Notes: a model not told the origin generated them from the letters alone. A DNA stretch of 64,000 bases from an uncultured Candidatus Binatia bacterium (GCA_965218425.1 OZ244621.1:896001-960000); one strand, 5' to 3'. Shown: positions 41,190 to 53,472, counted from the stretch's first letter. Program-made: numbers and translations.

Positions 41190-43607
41190 ATGAAGCTCAC
41201 CTACAACTGGCTAAAGGAATTTGTGAATCTACCGACCGGTGGTGCCGAAGACGAAGGGCCGCAAAGGATCGCTCGATTGCTAACCATGGCCGGCCTCGAG
41301 GTGGAATCCATACAAGCTACCGGTCAAGGCCGGGACATCGTTGTGGCTCGTGTCACCGATGTTCGCCCCCACCCCAAGGCGGATCGCCTTTTTCTATGCA
41401 CTGTGGATTTTGGCGGGGACGCCCTCCAGGTGGTTTGTGGGGCTCCCAATGTTCGAGTGGGGATCAAGGCTCCCTTGGCAAAGGTCGGCTCGGTGCTACC
41501 GTCCGGTCTCAACATTAAGACCGCAACCATACGGGGAGAACCCTCTCAGGGCATGCTTTGCTCTGAAAATGAGCTGGGTCTGTCAAAAGACCACGAGGGT
41601 ATCCTGATCCTGCCCGAAGATGCACCCATTGGGCTAGCGCTATTTTCCTATTTAGGCATGGATGACTGGATCCTGGAGGTGGGAGTTACCCCTAACCGGG
41701 GGGACTGCCTGGGGATCCTCGGCATGGCTCGAGAGATCGGCACCCTCACCGGCGCAAAGCTAAAGTCTCCTCCCATAAGCCCCCAGACCAAGGACGCCAG
41801 TCTGGCTCGATTGGTACAGGTACGTATAGAGAACCCCGAACTCTGCCCCCGATATTCCGCCAGGATGGTCACCCAACTCGAACTCAGGCCATCTCCACTG
41901 TGGATGCGGTTTCGGCTCGAGGCCTGCGGGGTCAGGTCTATCAATAACGTGGTGGATGTCACCAACTACGTAATGCTGGAAACCGGCCAACCCCTTCATG
42001 CCTTTGACATGGACCGGCTAAACTCAAAGCGGATTGAAGTACGGCCGGCAAAACTGACCAAGAAATTCGTAACCTTGGACGGCGTCGAGCGGGAGCTATC
42101 CGCGGATGACCTGCTAATTTGTGACGGGGAAACGCCTGTGGCACTGGCGGGTGTTATGGGTGGGGCCAACTCAGAGGTGGGTCAGGATACACGCTCCGTG
42201 CTGTTGGAAAGTGCCAATTTTACGCCCCAAAGCATTCGCCGCACGGCAAAGCGTCTGGGACTGCACAGCGAAGCTTCCCACCGATTTGAAAGATGGGTTG
42301 ACCCTGAAGGGACCCTTATCGCCTTGAATCGCGCGGTTTTCCTGTTGGAAAAAGTTAGCGGCGGCCGGGCCGTTCCAGGGGTTGTGGATCGCTATCCCCG
42401 TAAGTTCAAGGCCGCTCCCGTCGTTATACGGGATGAAAGGGTTAAAGAGCTCCTTGGCATCGCCATCAACCGTAAGAAGCTAGAGAAAACATTCAAATCC
42501 CTGGGAGCTAAGATACAAGGGCATTCGAAGAGCGCCCTCAAGGTCTCTCCCCCCTCTTACCGCTTCGACCTCAGCAGGGAGGCGGATTTAATTGAAGAAC
42601 TGGCGCGATTGCACGGCTATGAGAGAATACCATCAACCCTGCCATTGGTGAGACCTCAGGGCAGTCGGATGGATCCGACGCTGCGCTGGGGTCGACGACT
42701 ACGCTCCTATTTAACCGGAGAGGGTCTCACAGAGGTTATCAATATCCCCTTTACATCCCCAGAAATGAACAAGTGTTTCCAAGGGCTGTGGGATGATCAG
42801 GATAAAGCGGTGGCAATTCTCAACCCCTTGAAACAAGAGAGTTCTCAAATGCGGATGAGCCTGATCCCCGGATTGCTAGAAAATATGCGCCTGCAAATCG
42901 ATCAGAGGGTCACTCGGTTCTCGGCCTTCGAAATAGGTAAAGTCTTTCACCTGACCCCGAGCGGTTCTAAAGGTGAGAAAAGGGTTTTAGCCGGCCTGCT
43001 CTATGGTTCCAGGGAACAGATGGGTCTCAGAACCGAAGACTTTCCCCCGTCTTTTCTGGATGTTAAGGGCTTACTGGAGGGGATCCTTGAGGCCACTGGG
43101 ACAGAGGAAGGCGCCGCTTGGACAGGCGAGGATTTGCCCTCTTTTCTCCATCCGGGCAAGGCAGCCACCCTGAAGCAAAATGGGCACAAGATGAGCTACT
43201 TAGGGGAGATTCGTCCTGACCTCTCCACCCGATTTAGCCTCCCCAATTTCCTCATTTTTGAACTTGACTTCGAAAATTTGGTTCAGTATGCTCGCCTTGA
43301 TCTAACGGTCCGCGCCCTGCCCAGATTTCCATCTGTTGAGCGGGACTTAGCCATTGTTGTTGATGAAAAGTTTCCCGCCCTGCAGATTATCAATTGGATA
43401 AAAGGCTTTGGTAACTTACTCATAGAGGATGTGCGAATCTTTGACCAATACAGTGGCTCTCCAATCCCAGAAGGTAAAAAAAGCTTAGGCTACACAGTCT
43501 GTTACCGCGCAAAGGACAGAACATTGACCGACGAAGAAGTCAATTCTATCCACCACAGCTTAATTTCTAAGATGCGTCAAGAATTTGGAGCCACTTTGAG
43601 GGAGTAG
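41190..43607 (+). CDS. pheT: Phenylalanine--tRNA ligase beta subunit
   Basis: VVCGAPN, TPNRGDCL, VDVTNYV, READLIEE and a C-terminal FDX-ACB domain. Confidence 0.98.
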   Translation: MKLTYNWLKEFVNLPTGGAEDEGPQRIARLLTMAGLEVESIQATGQGRDIVVARVTDVRPHPKADRLFLCTVDFGGDALQVVCGAPNVRVGIKAPLAKVGSVLPSGLNIKTATIRGEPSQGMLCSENELGLSKDHEGILILPEDAPIGLALFSYLGMDDWILEVGVTPNRGDCLGILGMAREIGTLTGAKLKSPPISPQTKDASLARLVQVRIENPELCPRYSARMVTQLELRPSPLWMRFRLEACGVRSINNVVDVTNYVMLETGQPLHAFDMDRLNSKRIEVRPAKLTKKFVTLDGVERELSADDLLICDGETPVALAGVMGGANSEVGQDTRSVLLESANFTPQSIRRTAKRLGLHSEASHRFERWVDPEGTLIALNRAVFLLEKVSGGRAVPGVVDRYPRKFKAAPVVIRDERVKELLGIAINRKKLEKTFKSLGAKIQGHSKSALKVSPPSYRFDLSREADLIEELARLHGYERIPSTLPLVRPQGSRMDPTLRWGRRLRSYLTGEGLTEVINIPFTSPEMNKCFQGLWDDQDKAVAILNPLKQESSQMRMSLIPGLLENMRLQIDQRVTRFSAFEIGKVFHLTPSGSKGEKRVLAGLLYGSREQMGLRTEDFPPSFLDVKGLLEGILEATGTEEGAAWTGEDLPSFLHPGKAATLKQNGHKMSYLGEIRPDLSTRFSLPNFLIFELDFENLVQYARLDLTVRALPRFPSVERDLAIVVDEKFPALQIINWIKGFGNLLIEDVRIFDQYSGSPIPEGKKSLGYTVCYRAKDRTLTDEEVNSIHHSLISKMRQEFGATLRE

Positions 43608-43637
43608 TGGAGGAAATCGTATAAGGGGAGTCAAAAA

Positions 43638-43922
43638 ATGACCAAGGCAGATATCATAGCCCGAATCTACGAGAAAGTGGGTTTCTCCAAAAAAGAGGCT
43701 ACGGACGTTGTGGAGGCTACCTTTGAGATCATTAAAGGTCATCTGGAAAAAGCTGAAAAGGTTAAGATTTCCGGATTCGGAAACTTCGACGTCAATACTA
43801 AGAATCCAAGAAAAGGAAGGAATCCACAGACCGGGGACGAAATTACCATCAAGGGACGCAAAGTCCTTACCTTCAAGCCAAGCCAGATCCTGAAGAAATC
43901 CATCAATACGCCTTCGGCCTAA
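43638..43922 (+). CDS. ihfA: Integration host factor alpha subunit
   Basis: MTKADI, VKISGFGNF, GRNPQTG and TFKPS; follows pheT. Confidence 0.95.
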   Translation: MTKADIIARIYEKVGFSKKEATDVVEATFEIIKGHLEKAEKVKISGFGNFDVNTKNPRKGRNPQTGDEITIKGRKVLTFKPSQILKKSINTPSA

Positions 43923-43931
43923 ATTGACGTC

Positions 43932-44285
43932 ATGCCGCCCCAACTCCCCGACAAGCTTTACTTCAAGATCGGAGAAGTCAGCAACATCGTCGGGGTTAAA
44001 CCCTACGTGCTACGTTACTGGGAATCCGAGTTTGAACTACTCAAGCCCGGTAAGGCCCCGTCGCGTCATCGATTGTATAAGAAAAAGGACGTGGACCTCT
44101 TGATGGAGATCAAAAAGTTACTCTATTCAGAGGGATACACCATTGAAGGTGCCAGAAAAAAACTCAAGGAAGGGAAGAAAGAAGACCGACGGCAACTCCG
44201 CCTGCCCCTCCTGGATCCCGCCTATAAGAGTACGCTGCTAAAAATCAGGAAAGACCTTAAATCACTCCACAAAAAACTTTCCTAA
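43932..44285 (+). CDS. MerR family transcriptional regulator
   Basis: PDKLYFKIGEV...YVLRYWESEF...LLYSEGYTIEGA; the type usually found after ihfA. Confidence 0.93.
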   Translation: MPPQLPDKLYFKIGEVSNIVGVKPYVLRYWESEFELLKPGKAPSRHRLYKKKDVDLLMEIKKLLYSEGYTIEGARKKLKEGKKEDRRQLRLPLLDPAYKSTLLKIRKDLKSLHKKLS

Positions 44286-44390
44286 TCGCTTACCCTGCTG
44301 CCTGACTTCAAGCCGACCCTCTTTGAGGGTAGGCAGTTGACCCGTCATTTCCATGCCAACCTCTGCGGCAATACTCTTAAAGGGATTTCT

Positions 44391-44455
44391 TTCCGTGTCC
44401 ATCCGCGTAAATCCGCGGTTGATCGATTTTGTCGCTTTGCGCCTTTGCGTGATTC
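44391..44455. repeat. REP-like short repeat cluster
   Basis: ATCCGCGTAAATCCGCGGTT and CTTTGCGCCTTTGCGTGA, similar to units at 27.9 kb and 53.4 kb. Confidence 0.5.
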
Positions 44456-44615
44456 ATCTTCTTCCGAAGCCAGCCTTTATTCCCACCAACCTATCGAATT
44501 GCCGCCGCTGATATTGCCACACCCACCCTGGAGGCACAAATGAAAATGGGTTAGTGACGCGCAATTGACCCAACTCCTAAGGAATGTTACATAATCTTGT
44601 GGTGCGCTGATTTGT

Positions 44616-44692
44616 CGGGGCGTAGCGCAGCCTGGTAGCGCACACGCTTGGGGTGCGTGTGGTCACCGGTTCAAATCCGGTCGCCCCGACCA
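44616..44692 (+). tRNA. tRNA-Pro(GGG)
   Basis: Acceptor CGGGGCG/CGCCCCG; anticodon arm CACGC-TTGGGGT-GCGTG; GTTCAAATC; CCA. Candidate promoter TTGACC-N17-TACATA at 44565-44593. Confidence 0.97.
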
Positions 44693-44801
44693 ATCCTCTA
44701 CCCGGGAGAGGAAACATGCACAGAGAAATCTGGCACATCCCAAGCACATATTTTCCCATTCGTCTCAACGAACCGGATAATATCCTCCAGTTCCACTTAT
44801 A

Positions 44802-45467
44802 GTGAAGATTTTTGGCAGGCACTCACTGAACCCCCAGACGGCCAGAGAAAGGATGGTCCGAGAGCATTTGCTGACTCGGGGCATCAAGGACCCGCGGGTG
44901 CTACAGGCAATGACAAAGGTTCCGAGGCACCTTTTTGTGGATAGCGCCTTAGCGGATCGCGCTTACGATGACGAACCACTCCCCATTGGAGAGCGACAAA
45001 CCATCTCCCAACCCTACATGGTGGCATTCATGTCAGAGGCCCTGGAGCTCACCGGGAGAGAGCGGGTCCTCGAGATCGGCACTGGATCAGGTTACCAAAC
45101 CGCGATTCTGGCAGAACTCTGCCTTAACGTATTCTCCATTGAAAAGTTCGGCCCCCTTGCCGAGAAAGCAAGGACTCTTCTGGATGAGTTAAACTACTAC
45201 AATATCGCGCTTCATGTGGGGGACGGAACACTGGGCTGGTCCGAACACGCGCCTTTTGATGCTATAATTGTAACCGCTGGTTCTCCCGAATTACCTCAAC
45301 CGCTCATTGCTCAATTGTCCATTCGCGGCAGGATGATTCTTCCCATAGGGAATGAACGATCTCAAATGCTCAAACGTTTCCGACGAACGGCTTCAGGGTT
45401 GCGTGAAGAAGGCTTGGGGGATTGTCGTTTTGTCAAACTATTGGGGAGATACGGTTGGCCCGATTAA
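44802..45467 (+). CDS. pcm: Protein-L-isoaspartate O-methyltransferase
   Basis: VPRHLFV, QTISQPYMV, VLEIGTGSGYQ and APFDAIIVTA. Confidence 0.96.
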   Translation: MKIFGRHSLNPQTARERMVREHLLTRGIKDPRVLQAMTKVPRHLFVDSALADRAYDDEPLPIGERQTISQPYMVAFMSEALELTGRERVLEIGTGSGYQTAILAELCLNVFSIEKFGPLAEKARTLLDELNYYNIALHVGDGTLGWSEHAPFDAIIVTAGSPELPQPLIAQLSIRGRMILPIGNERSQMLKRFRRTASGLREEGLGDCRFVKLLGRYGWPD

Positions 45468-45542
45468 CCCCGGTCCCGATTTCCATCCGATCGCCCCTCC
45501 ACAGGCTAATGATCACAACCCGATAACCTCTGATGTCAACGG

Positions 45543-46322
45543 ATGAAGGATGCTCTACGAGAATCTTCCGCTCCATCTTCTGTCGGATTGGGATTACGAT
45601 CCGGGGTTAACTGTTTTGTATTTTCCCTTTTTTGCTTAATTTTCCTGGACGCCTGCGTCTCACCTCCCCGCCCGCCTCAACACACGGGCCAACCACGTCA
45701 GCCACTCACGCCAAGAGCCCAAGGAATTTTCCATGTAGTCAAGGCAAAGGAAAACCTCTTTCGAATCGGCAAAGCTTACGACGTGGACTATCGTCGCCTC
45801 GCCCGCATGAATAGGATTGCTGACCCGGCCCAGATTCGTATGGGTCAGAGAATTTTCATTCCTGGGGCCACAATGCAGCTCCCCGTGGAGATCATTACAC
45901 CCTCAAAGGCTATCTTGAAGCCGCCCCGAAAACTCAAGCCAAGGGGCAAGGGAAAGAACGGCTTCGTCTGGCCTCTCAAGGGAAAGTTGACCTCAAAGTT
46001 CGGTCCTAGAGGGAAGAGCTTCCACGACGGGGTGGACATTGCAGCTCCCACGGGGACCCCCATCCGCGCCATCCAAAAAGGGAGGGTCCTTTTCAGCGAC
46101 AAATTGCGTGGATACGGGAACATCATCATTATTCGACACCCGGGTCGGTATGTATCAGTATACGCACACAATCGGAAGAACCTTGCCCGCAAGGGACAAA
46201 GAGTGGCACAGCGGCAGGTCATCGGGGAGGTGGGTAGTACGGGAAGGGTCACAGAACCGCACCTCCATTTTGAAATCCGCAGGTATAATACGGCGAGGGA
46301 TCCGCTTTATTACTTGCCCTAG
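45543..46322 (+). CDS. LysM plus M23 peptidase lipoprotein (NlpD-like)
   Basis: Lipobox-like LDAC; LysM domain; M23 motifs HDGVD, YAH and PHLHFEIR. The real start may be downstream. Confidence 0.9.
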   Translation: MKDALRESSAPSSVGLGLRSGVNCFVFSLFCLIFLDACVSPPRPPQHTGQPRQPLTPRAQGIFHVVKAKENLFRIGKAYDVDYRRLARMNRIADPAQIRMGQRIFIPGATMQLPVEIITPSKAILKPPRKLKPRGKGKNGFVWPLKGKLTSKFGPRGKSFHDGVDIAAPTGTPIRAIQKGRVLFSDKLRGYGNIIIIRHPGRYVSVYAHNRKNLARKGQRVAQRQVIGEVGSTGRVTEPHLHFEIRRYNTARDPLYYLP

Positions 46323-46341
46323 TTATGCTAGCTGAGTTTGT

Positions 46342-46878
46342 ATGGACAAGGTCATTCAAGACATTCGCAGGATTATACGTGACATCCCTGACTTTCCTAA
46401 ACCCGGGATCGTATTTAAGGATATCACTCCCCTGTTGAGTAGCGCCCCACTGTTCAAGCAGACCATTGACCTCATGGCCGAACGCTACCAAGGCCAAAAA
46501 GTGGATATGGTCCTAGGTATCGAGTCGCGTGGCTTCATCATTGGCGCCGCCCTAGCCTATACCTTGGGGTCCGGCTTTTGCATCGTTCGCAAGCCCGGGA
46601 AGCTTCCCTACGAGACCCATTCTGCCGGTTATCAACTGGAGTACGGTTCTGACGCACTGGAAATTCACCGAGACGGGCTTCGGCCCAGCTCTCGGGTCCT
46701 CATCGTGGATGACCTCCTGGCTACTGGGGGAACGGCCGCCGCCGCGGCCGAGTTGGTATCACAGCTCGATGCAGAGGTGGTAGAGTTTGCCTTTGTCCTT
46801 GAACTTTCTTTTCTCGAAGGGCGAAAGCGGCTCGATCCCCGCAGCGTTTACTCCATCGTCCAGTACGATACGGAGTAG
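46342..46878 (+). CDS. apt: Adenine phosphoribosyltransferase
   Basis: PDFPKPGIVFKDITPLL, ESRGF, RKPGKLP and VDDLLATGGT. Confidence 0.97.
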   Translation: MDKVIQDIRRIIRDIPDFPKPGIVFKDITPLLSSAPLFKQTIDLMAERYQGQKVDMVLGIESRGFIIGAALAYTLGSGFCIVRKPGKLPYETHSAGYQLEYGSDALEIHRDGLRPSSRVLIVDDLLATGGTAAAAAELVSQLDAEVVEFAFVLELSFLEGRKRLDPRSVYSIVQYDTE

Positions 46879-47001
46879 CACGGGGCCAAGGGCTCTTGGC
46901 CGGGAAAACGTGATTTCAAGCCTACGCCATAGGCCTTTCCTTGACAATGACCGGTAATGTTTTATACGTGAAAGATATAAGATTTGGGCCAGTGTAACTC
47001 A

Positions 47002-47571
47002 ATGAAGCGCGTAGAAGAAATGGGCCTTTGGGAAAGGATCTATTTACCGGAGGTTTTCCGTGGTCTCATGCTGACCGGCTACCGGTTTTGGCGCAATCTT
47101 ACTATCCACGCGCTCCATCTATTCGGCTGGGCCCAGCATCTCGAAGCGGCCATTACCATCCAATACCCCGATAAGCGGCTCCCCTACCCCGAAACCTTTC
47201 GCGGGCGACACCGGTTAACTCTGAAAGATGACGGCTCACCCCATTGCACCGCTTGCTTTCTATGCGCCACCGCTTGCCCTGCGGAATGTATTCACATAGA
47301 AGCAGGGGAATATCCGGACAATCCCGTGGAAAAGTTTCCCGTTCGATATGAAATCGACACCCTACGCTGTATTTACTGTTCCCTTTGCGTCGAGGCCTGT
47401 CCCTGTGACGCCATTCGCATGGATACGGGTGTCCACCCGGCCAATTGGGGTTTTTCTCGCAAGGACTTCGTGGAGGACAAAGCACTCTTGATGGATCGCT
47501 CCCGACAACTGGAGCAAAAAGGCCCCGAGGGACTCTATGAGGAGCATGTGAGTCGCTATCGTCACGTTTAG
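47002..47571 (+). CDS. Stand-alone NuoI-like 2[4Fe-4S] protein
   Basis: TIQYP...FRGRHRL, CTACFLCATACP and CIYCSLCVEACPCDAI; no other nuo genes in the window. Confidence 0.88.
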   Translation: MKRVEEMGLWERIYLPEVFRGLMLTGYRFWRNLTIHALHLFGWAQHLEAAITIQYPDKRLPYPETFRGRHRLTLKDDGSPHCTACFLCATACPAECIHIEAGEYPDNPVEKFPVRYEIDTLRCIYCSLCVEACPCDAIRMDTGVHPANWGFSRKDFVEDKALLMDRSRQLEQKGPEGLYEEHVSRYRHV

Positions 47572-47587
47572 CCTTTTCGGTCGGTGA

Positions 47588-49603
<2,016 letters not shown>

Positions 49604-49647
49604 AGATAGGCCACAAGAACCAAGCCACCGCTTCCAAGACGAACTCC

Positions 49648-51942
49648 TTATTTTCTCTCCAGCACACCCAGAGCGCGCAGGACCTTCTCCGGGGTAATAG
49701 GTGTCGAACGGACGCGCACCCCCACCGCATCATAGATGGCGTTTCCTATGGCAGGTGCCACGCAGGGGATAGACACCTGGGCAATGGCCTTGGACCCAAA
49801 AGGACCTGGTCCGTCGCCATTTTCCAGGATGATGGCACGAAAGGATTCCGGGATATCAGTCATTAAAGGAAGTCGATACTGAAAGGGATCGGCGTTCTGC
49901 AGCTGGCCATCCTGGTAGTGGAGCTCTTCATGGAGGGCAAGACCTAAGCCCATGGTTGCGCCTCCCTCAATCTGTCCCTTGGCAGAGGGATAGTGCAATG
50001 CCATTCCCGCATCCGCAACGGTGACGAACTGGAGCAGTCGAACATTCCCGGTCTCTCGATCCACCTCCACCTCGGCTGCGCCCACCCCTGGAGCCCAGTG
50101 ATCATGGCCACCGAAGCTCGCCGACCCATGAGAACGAGAGGGCTGATAAGAGCCCCGTCCCTCGATTGAAGCACCCGAATCCAACGACCGCTGAACCTCG
50201 GCAAAGGTCAAACTCACCCCTCCGCGCCAGGCTCGTCCCCCACCCGTTCGCCACTCGTCCGGGTTGCCCCCTTTGATTTTCGCAGCCTGAGCCACGATTT
50301 TCTGCAGGAGATCCGTGCAGGCCCCGTGGACCGCACCCCCCATCTGCAACGTGGTGCGCTGGGAGCTGGTGCCCGAGAATTTTAACTCGTTGGTGGTATC
50401 CGGCACTCCCACCTCCACCTGGGCCTGCGGCACGTCCAATGTCTTTGCCGCCACAACACTGATCATGGTATAGGCCCCCTCCCCCACATCCGGCGCGTTA
50501 TGAGAGATGGCAACCCGTCCATCGGAGCCCAGGGTCGCCAGCGCTTCCGCCGTACCCACGTGGGAACCCCGGCGCATTGAAACAGAGACCCCGCGTCCTC
50601 TGACGACCCGCGCCGCCGCATCACGCGTCTGGGTTTTCTTCTCATGGGGATCCCAGCCGATTCCTTTCATTGCCTTTTGAATAAGATCAGACAGATGGGT
50701 GTCCACCGGCGGGGTCACGGCCTTGGATTCCTTGCCCCCCCGTTTCCAAAACTCTGGCGCGATGTATTCTCCCCAGCGCAACAGATTCTTCAAGCGAAAC
50801 TCTACCGGATTCATTCCCAGCCGATGTGCTACGTTGTCCATGGCACAGTCCACGGCAAAGGTGGTCTGGTTCTTCCCGGTGTTGCGAAACGGGCCGCAGG
50901 GCACCTTGTTTGTAAAGACAGTACGTGCCCGAACCCGAAAGTGAGGCACCCGGAAGCCACCCATGGACGAAGTCATGATGTTGTTCAAGATGATTGTCGC
51001 ACCGGTATAGTAACCACCGGTATCCACAAGGGCATCCACGTCGAGACCAAGAAGTGTGCCGTCTGCCTTGACCCCGATTCGCGCCTTGTAAACCATGTTA
51101 TCCTTCGCAGAGGCCCGAAAACTCTCTTCATCTGTAACGACATACTTGACGGGTCGCCCGATCCGGCGCGAGAGCGCAGAGGCCACCAGTGCCTCCTCGG
51201 ATTGATCCTTACCTCCGAAGTTCCCACCCACGAAAGGCACCCGTACGCGCACCTTCTCTCGCTCGAGCCCAAAAAGATGAGCGGCTGTATCCGCCACGCG
51301 GTGGGGGCTGTTGGTGGGCACCCAGAGGTCCAGCATTTCATCGGTAAAATTCACCAACGCGGAACTGGCTGGTTCCATGGGATGGTGGTAAACGTTCGGG
51401 CAACTAAAGGTCTCCTCAAAAACGTGCCGGGCCTCTTTCATGGCGCCGTCCACGTCTCCCCATTCCATATTATCCTCTCTGGCTAGATTGGACCCATGTG
51501 CCTCGTGAACCAGGGGAGCGCCAGGTGCCAGGGCCTCCTCAGCGGAGAACACCGGCGTTAAAATCTCGTACTCCACATGGACTCGTGCCGCCGCCTGGCG
51601 CGCGGCGCGCAGGTCCACGGCCGCAACCATGCCTAAAAAGTCGCCGTCGTAGCGGACCTTGTCCATGCTGACGGTGATCTGGTCGGCCGCCGTTCGGGTG
51701 AGATTGATGTGAGTGGGACCCACTTGATCCATGCGAATTACCCCATAGACGCCGGGCATACGTTCCGCCTCCGATGAGTCGATGGAAAGGATCCGGGCAT
51801 GGGAGTATGGGCTACGAAAAGCGGCCGCAAAGGCCATACGCGGCAAATGGGGAAGGTCGTCCACGTACTTTGCCTGGCCTGTGACCTTTTCCAATGCGTC
51901 AACGCGGGTGTGCCCGCGATTCGTCTCAGCAGGCGTGCTCAT
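49648..51942 (-). CDS. Xanthine oxidase family molybdopterin-binding (CoxL-like) large subunit
   Basis: KVTGQAKYVDD, RSPYSHARI, HHPMEP, GGNFGGK, GQIEGG and GPFGSKAIAQ...PAIGNAIYDA. Confidence 0.92.
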   Translation of the reverse strand: MSTPAETNRGHTRVDALEKVTGQAKYVDDLPHLPRMAFAAAFRSPYSHARILSIDSSEAERMPGVYGVIRMDQVGPTHINLTRTAADQITVSMDKVRYDGDFLGMVAAVDLRAARQAAARVHVEYEILTPVFSAEEALAPGAPLVHEAHGSNLAREDNMEWGDVDGAMKEARHVFEETFSCPNVYHHPMEPASSALVNFTDEMLDLWVPTNSPHRVADTAAHLFGLEREKVRVRVPFVGGNFGGKDQSEEALVASALSRRIGRPVKYVVTDEESFRASAKDNMVYKARIGVKADGTLLGLDVDALVDTGGYYTGATIILNNIMTSSMGGFRVPHFRVRARTVFTNKVPCGPFRNTGKNQTTFAVDCAMDNVAHRLGMNPVEFRLKNLLRWGEYIAPEFWKRGGKESKAVTPPVDTHLSDLIQKAMKGIGWDPHEKKTQTRDAAARVVRGRGVSVSMRRGSHVGTAEALATLGSDGRVAISHNAPDVGEGAYTMISVVAAKTLDVPQAQVEVGVPDTTNELKFSGTSSQRTTLQMGGAVHGACTDLLQKIVAQAAKIKGGNPDEWRTGGGRAWRGGVSLTFAEVQRSLDSGASIEGRGSYQPSRSHGSASFGGHDHWAPGVGAAEVEVDRETGNVRLLQFVTVADAGMALHYPSAKGQIEGGATMGLGLALHEELHYQDGQLQNADPFQYRLPLMTDIPESFRAIILENGDGPGPFGSKAIAQVSIPCVAPAIGNAIYDAVGVRVRSTPITPEKVLRALGVLERK

Positions 51943-51979
51943 CTATTCCTCCGAGTGACAACCAACCCTTTTCACGCCA

Positions 51980-53176
51980 TCAAGCCAATTCCGGGGCATC
52001 CTCGCCCCGCACGTAAACCACCTTGTTCTTTTCCGGGTCACGAATAATATGCTTGGGGTCGCGTCCTTTACGCACATCCTCCACCCCTAGAAGGCACATG
52101 ACCCGCTGAGCGGTTAATACCTTGTCGTGGTAGCCAAGGTGTTCATTGCTGCGTTCAGCAATGGCCCCCTGGGTCTCATTAACCATACTGTCCTGGACCA
52201 GAAAACCCTTCACCGCGGACGCCTCGGTTCGGTTCGGGATACCCGAAATGGTATTGGCCTCTCCATATCGCCTGTAGTAATCGTTGTGTGGGCCGGGTGG
52301 ATCGTAAGGCATGTCCTTCGGCCACTCAAAGAGCTTGCCATCCTTGTCGGGGGGTGAGAAGTACACCTGAAATCTCCTGGTATGGGTATCGTCCATGGGC
52401 ACGTACCAGGACTGAAATTTCTGAATGAGGCTTCGGTCCCTAGGGCTACCCTGGATTCTCATAAAACCCGCCGGCAGAAAAAAGTGCGCATAGACCAGAT
52501 CCATAATTTCCCGACCAATGTCGGGCAGCAGCGACTTTTGCCAGATACCCCATTCCATTTCATGGAACTCAAGCTGGGGCTTGGGCATGGACGCCAGGCG
52601 GTGTTTGACCTTGGACCAATTGTCCATGTGGAGATAGGAAAAGTGAACCGAATCCACCGCACCTTCGACGTTCTGCAGATAGTTACTGTTGATGTCATAG
52701 AAATCCACCTTGCGGCTGCCGTCCTCTCTGATAAGCACTTCGTAGCGCGACAGCAGCGGCTTTTTGTCCGGCGGTCCCATATAGGCAAAGATCATCCCGC
52801 CAAGCTCCTCACATGGATAGGCCAAATGACGCACCCTCCCGCAAAACGGCTCCGGCTCAGCCGGTTGTTCCAAACATTGTCCTTCCACATCGTATAGCCA
52901 TCCGTGAAACGGACAGCGGATCCCCCCATCCTCCACCCGACCGTAGGCCAGAGAGGTCAGCCGATGGGAACAGTTCAGTCCCAGGAGCCCCGCGCGACCT
53001 TGATCATCGCGAAACAAAACCAGGTCTTCTCCCATAACCTTGACCTGCTGGGGTTTCCCACCCGAAGTTACATCCTTTGAAATCCCAACAGGCTGCCAGT
53101 ACCTGCGCAGCCATTCCCCGCCGGGTGTTCCTGGGTCTGTCTCGCACAGCAGCTCGTTCTGTTCCCTAGTTAACAT
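51980..53176 (-). CDS. Rieske non-heme iron oxygenase (phthalate 4,5-dioxygenase-like alpha subunit)
   Basis: Rieske CSH...CPFH; mononuclear Fe site D.VHFSYLH and QD; N-terminus ML..EQNELL..T.PGTP.G..LRRYW. Confidence 0.9.
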   Translation of the reverse strand: MLTREQNELLCETDPGTPGGEWLRRYWQPVGISKDVTSGGKPQQVKVMGEDLVLFRDDQGRAGLLGLNCSHRLTSLAYGRVEDGGIRCPFHGWLYDVEGQCLEQPAEPEPFCGRVRHLAYPCEELGGMIFAYMGPPDKKPLLSRYEVLIREDGSRKVDFYDINSNYLQNVEGAVDSVHFSYLHMDNWSKVKHRLASMPKPQLEFHEMEWGIWQKSLLPDIGREIMDLVYAHFFLPAGFMRIQGSPRDRSLIQKFQSWYVPMDDTHTRRFQVYFSPPDKDGKLFEWPKDMPYDPPGPHNDYYRRYGEANTISGIPNRTEASAVKGFLVQDSMVNETQGAIAERSNEHLGYHDKVLTAQRVMCLLGVEDVRKGRDPKHIIRDPEKNKVVYVRGEDAPELA

Positions 53177-53394
53177 TGGATTCTCCTATTTTGGATGACG
53201 GTCACGGCACAACAAGCAGGGGCTCGTTATCGCAGAGCTTAACAAACGAGATCCCAAGGCGTCAATGGCCTGCTTATACGAGAGAAACCTTACCCAACTA
53301 ATCTGAATATTTCCCTTGATTTGGCCGCTGGAGAATCGGATAAGCAACGCCTCGCGTCCTTCGAGAGCCGCAGGACCCCGAGGGGAATCGAGGG

Positions 53395-53472
53395 GCAAAG
53401 GCGCAAAGGACTCCAGGCTCGGAGAAAAAATAAAAAATCAACTCTTTGCGAGCTTAGCGTCTTGGCGCGAAA
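53395..53472. repeat. REP-like repeat pair
   Basis: GCAAAGGCGCAAAG...AACTCTTTGCGAGCTTAGCGTCTTGGCGCGAAA; shares a 16-mer with 27966-27981. Confidence 0.55.

Noticed and set aside
44616..44800. tRNA-Pro or tRNA-Val as island integration sites
   Set aside because: No duplicated tRNA 3' end or integrase seen; flanks are core genes. Only surE, often found before pcm, is absent.
49648..51942. Call as aerobic CO dehydrogenase (coxL)
   Set aside because: Lacks the AYRCSFR/AYRGAGR loop, and no cox accessory genes are present.
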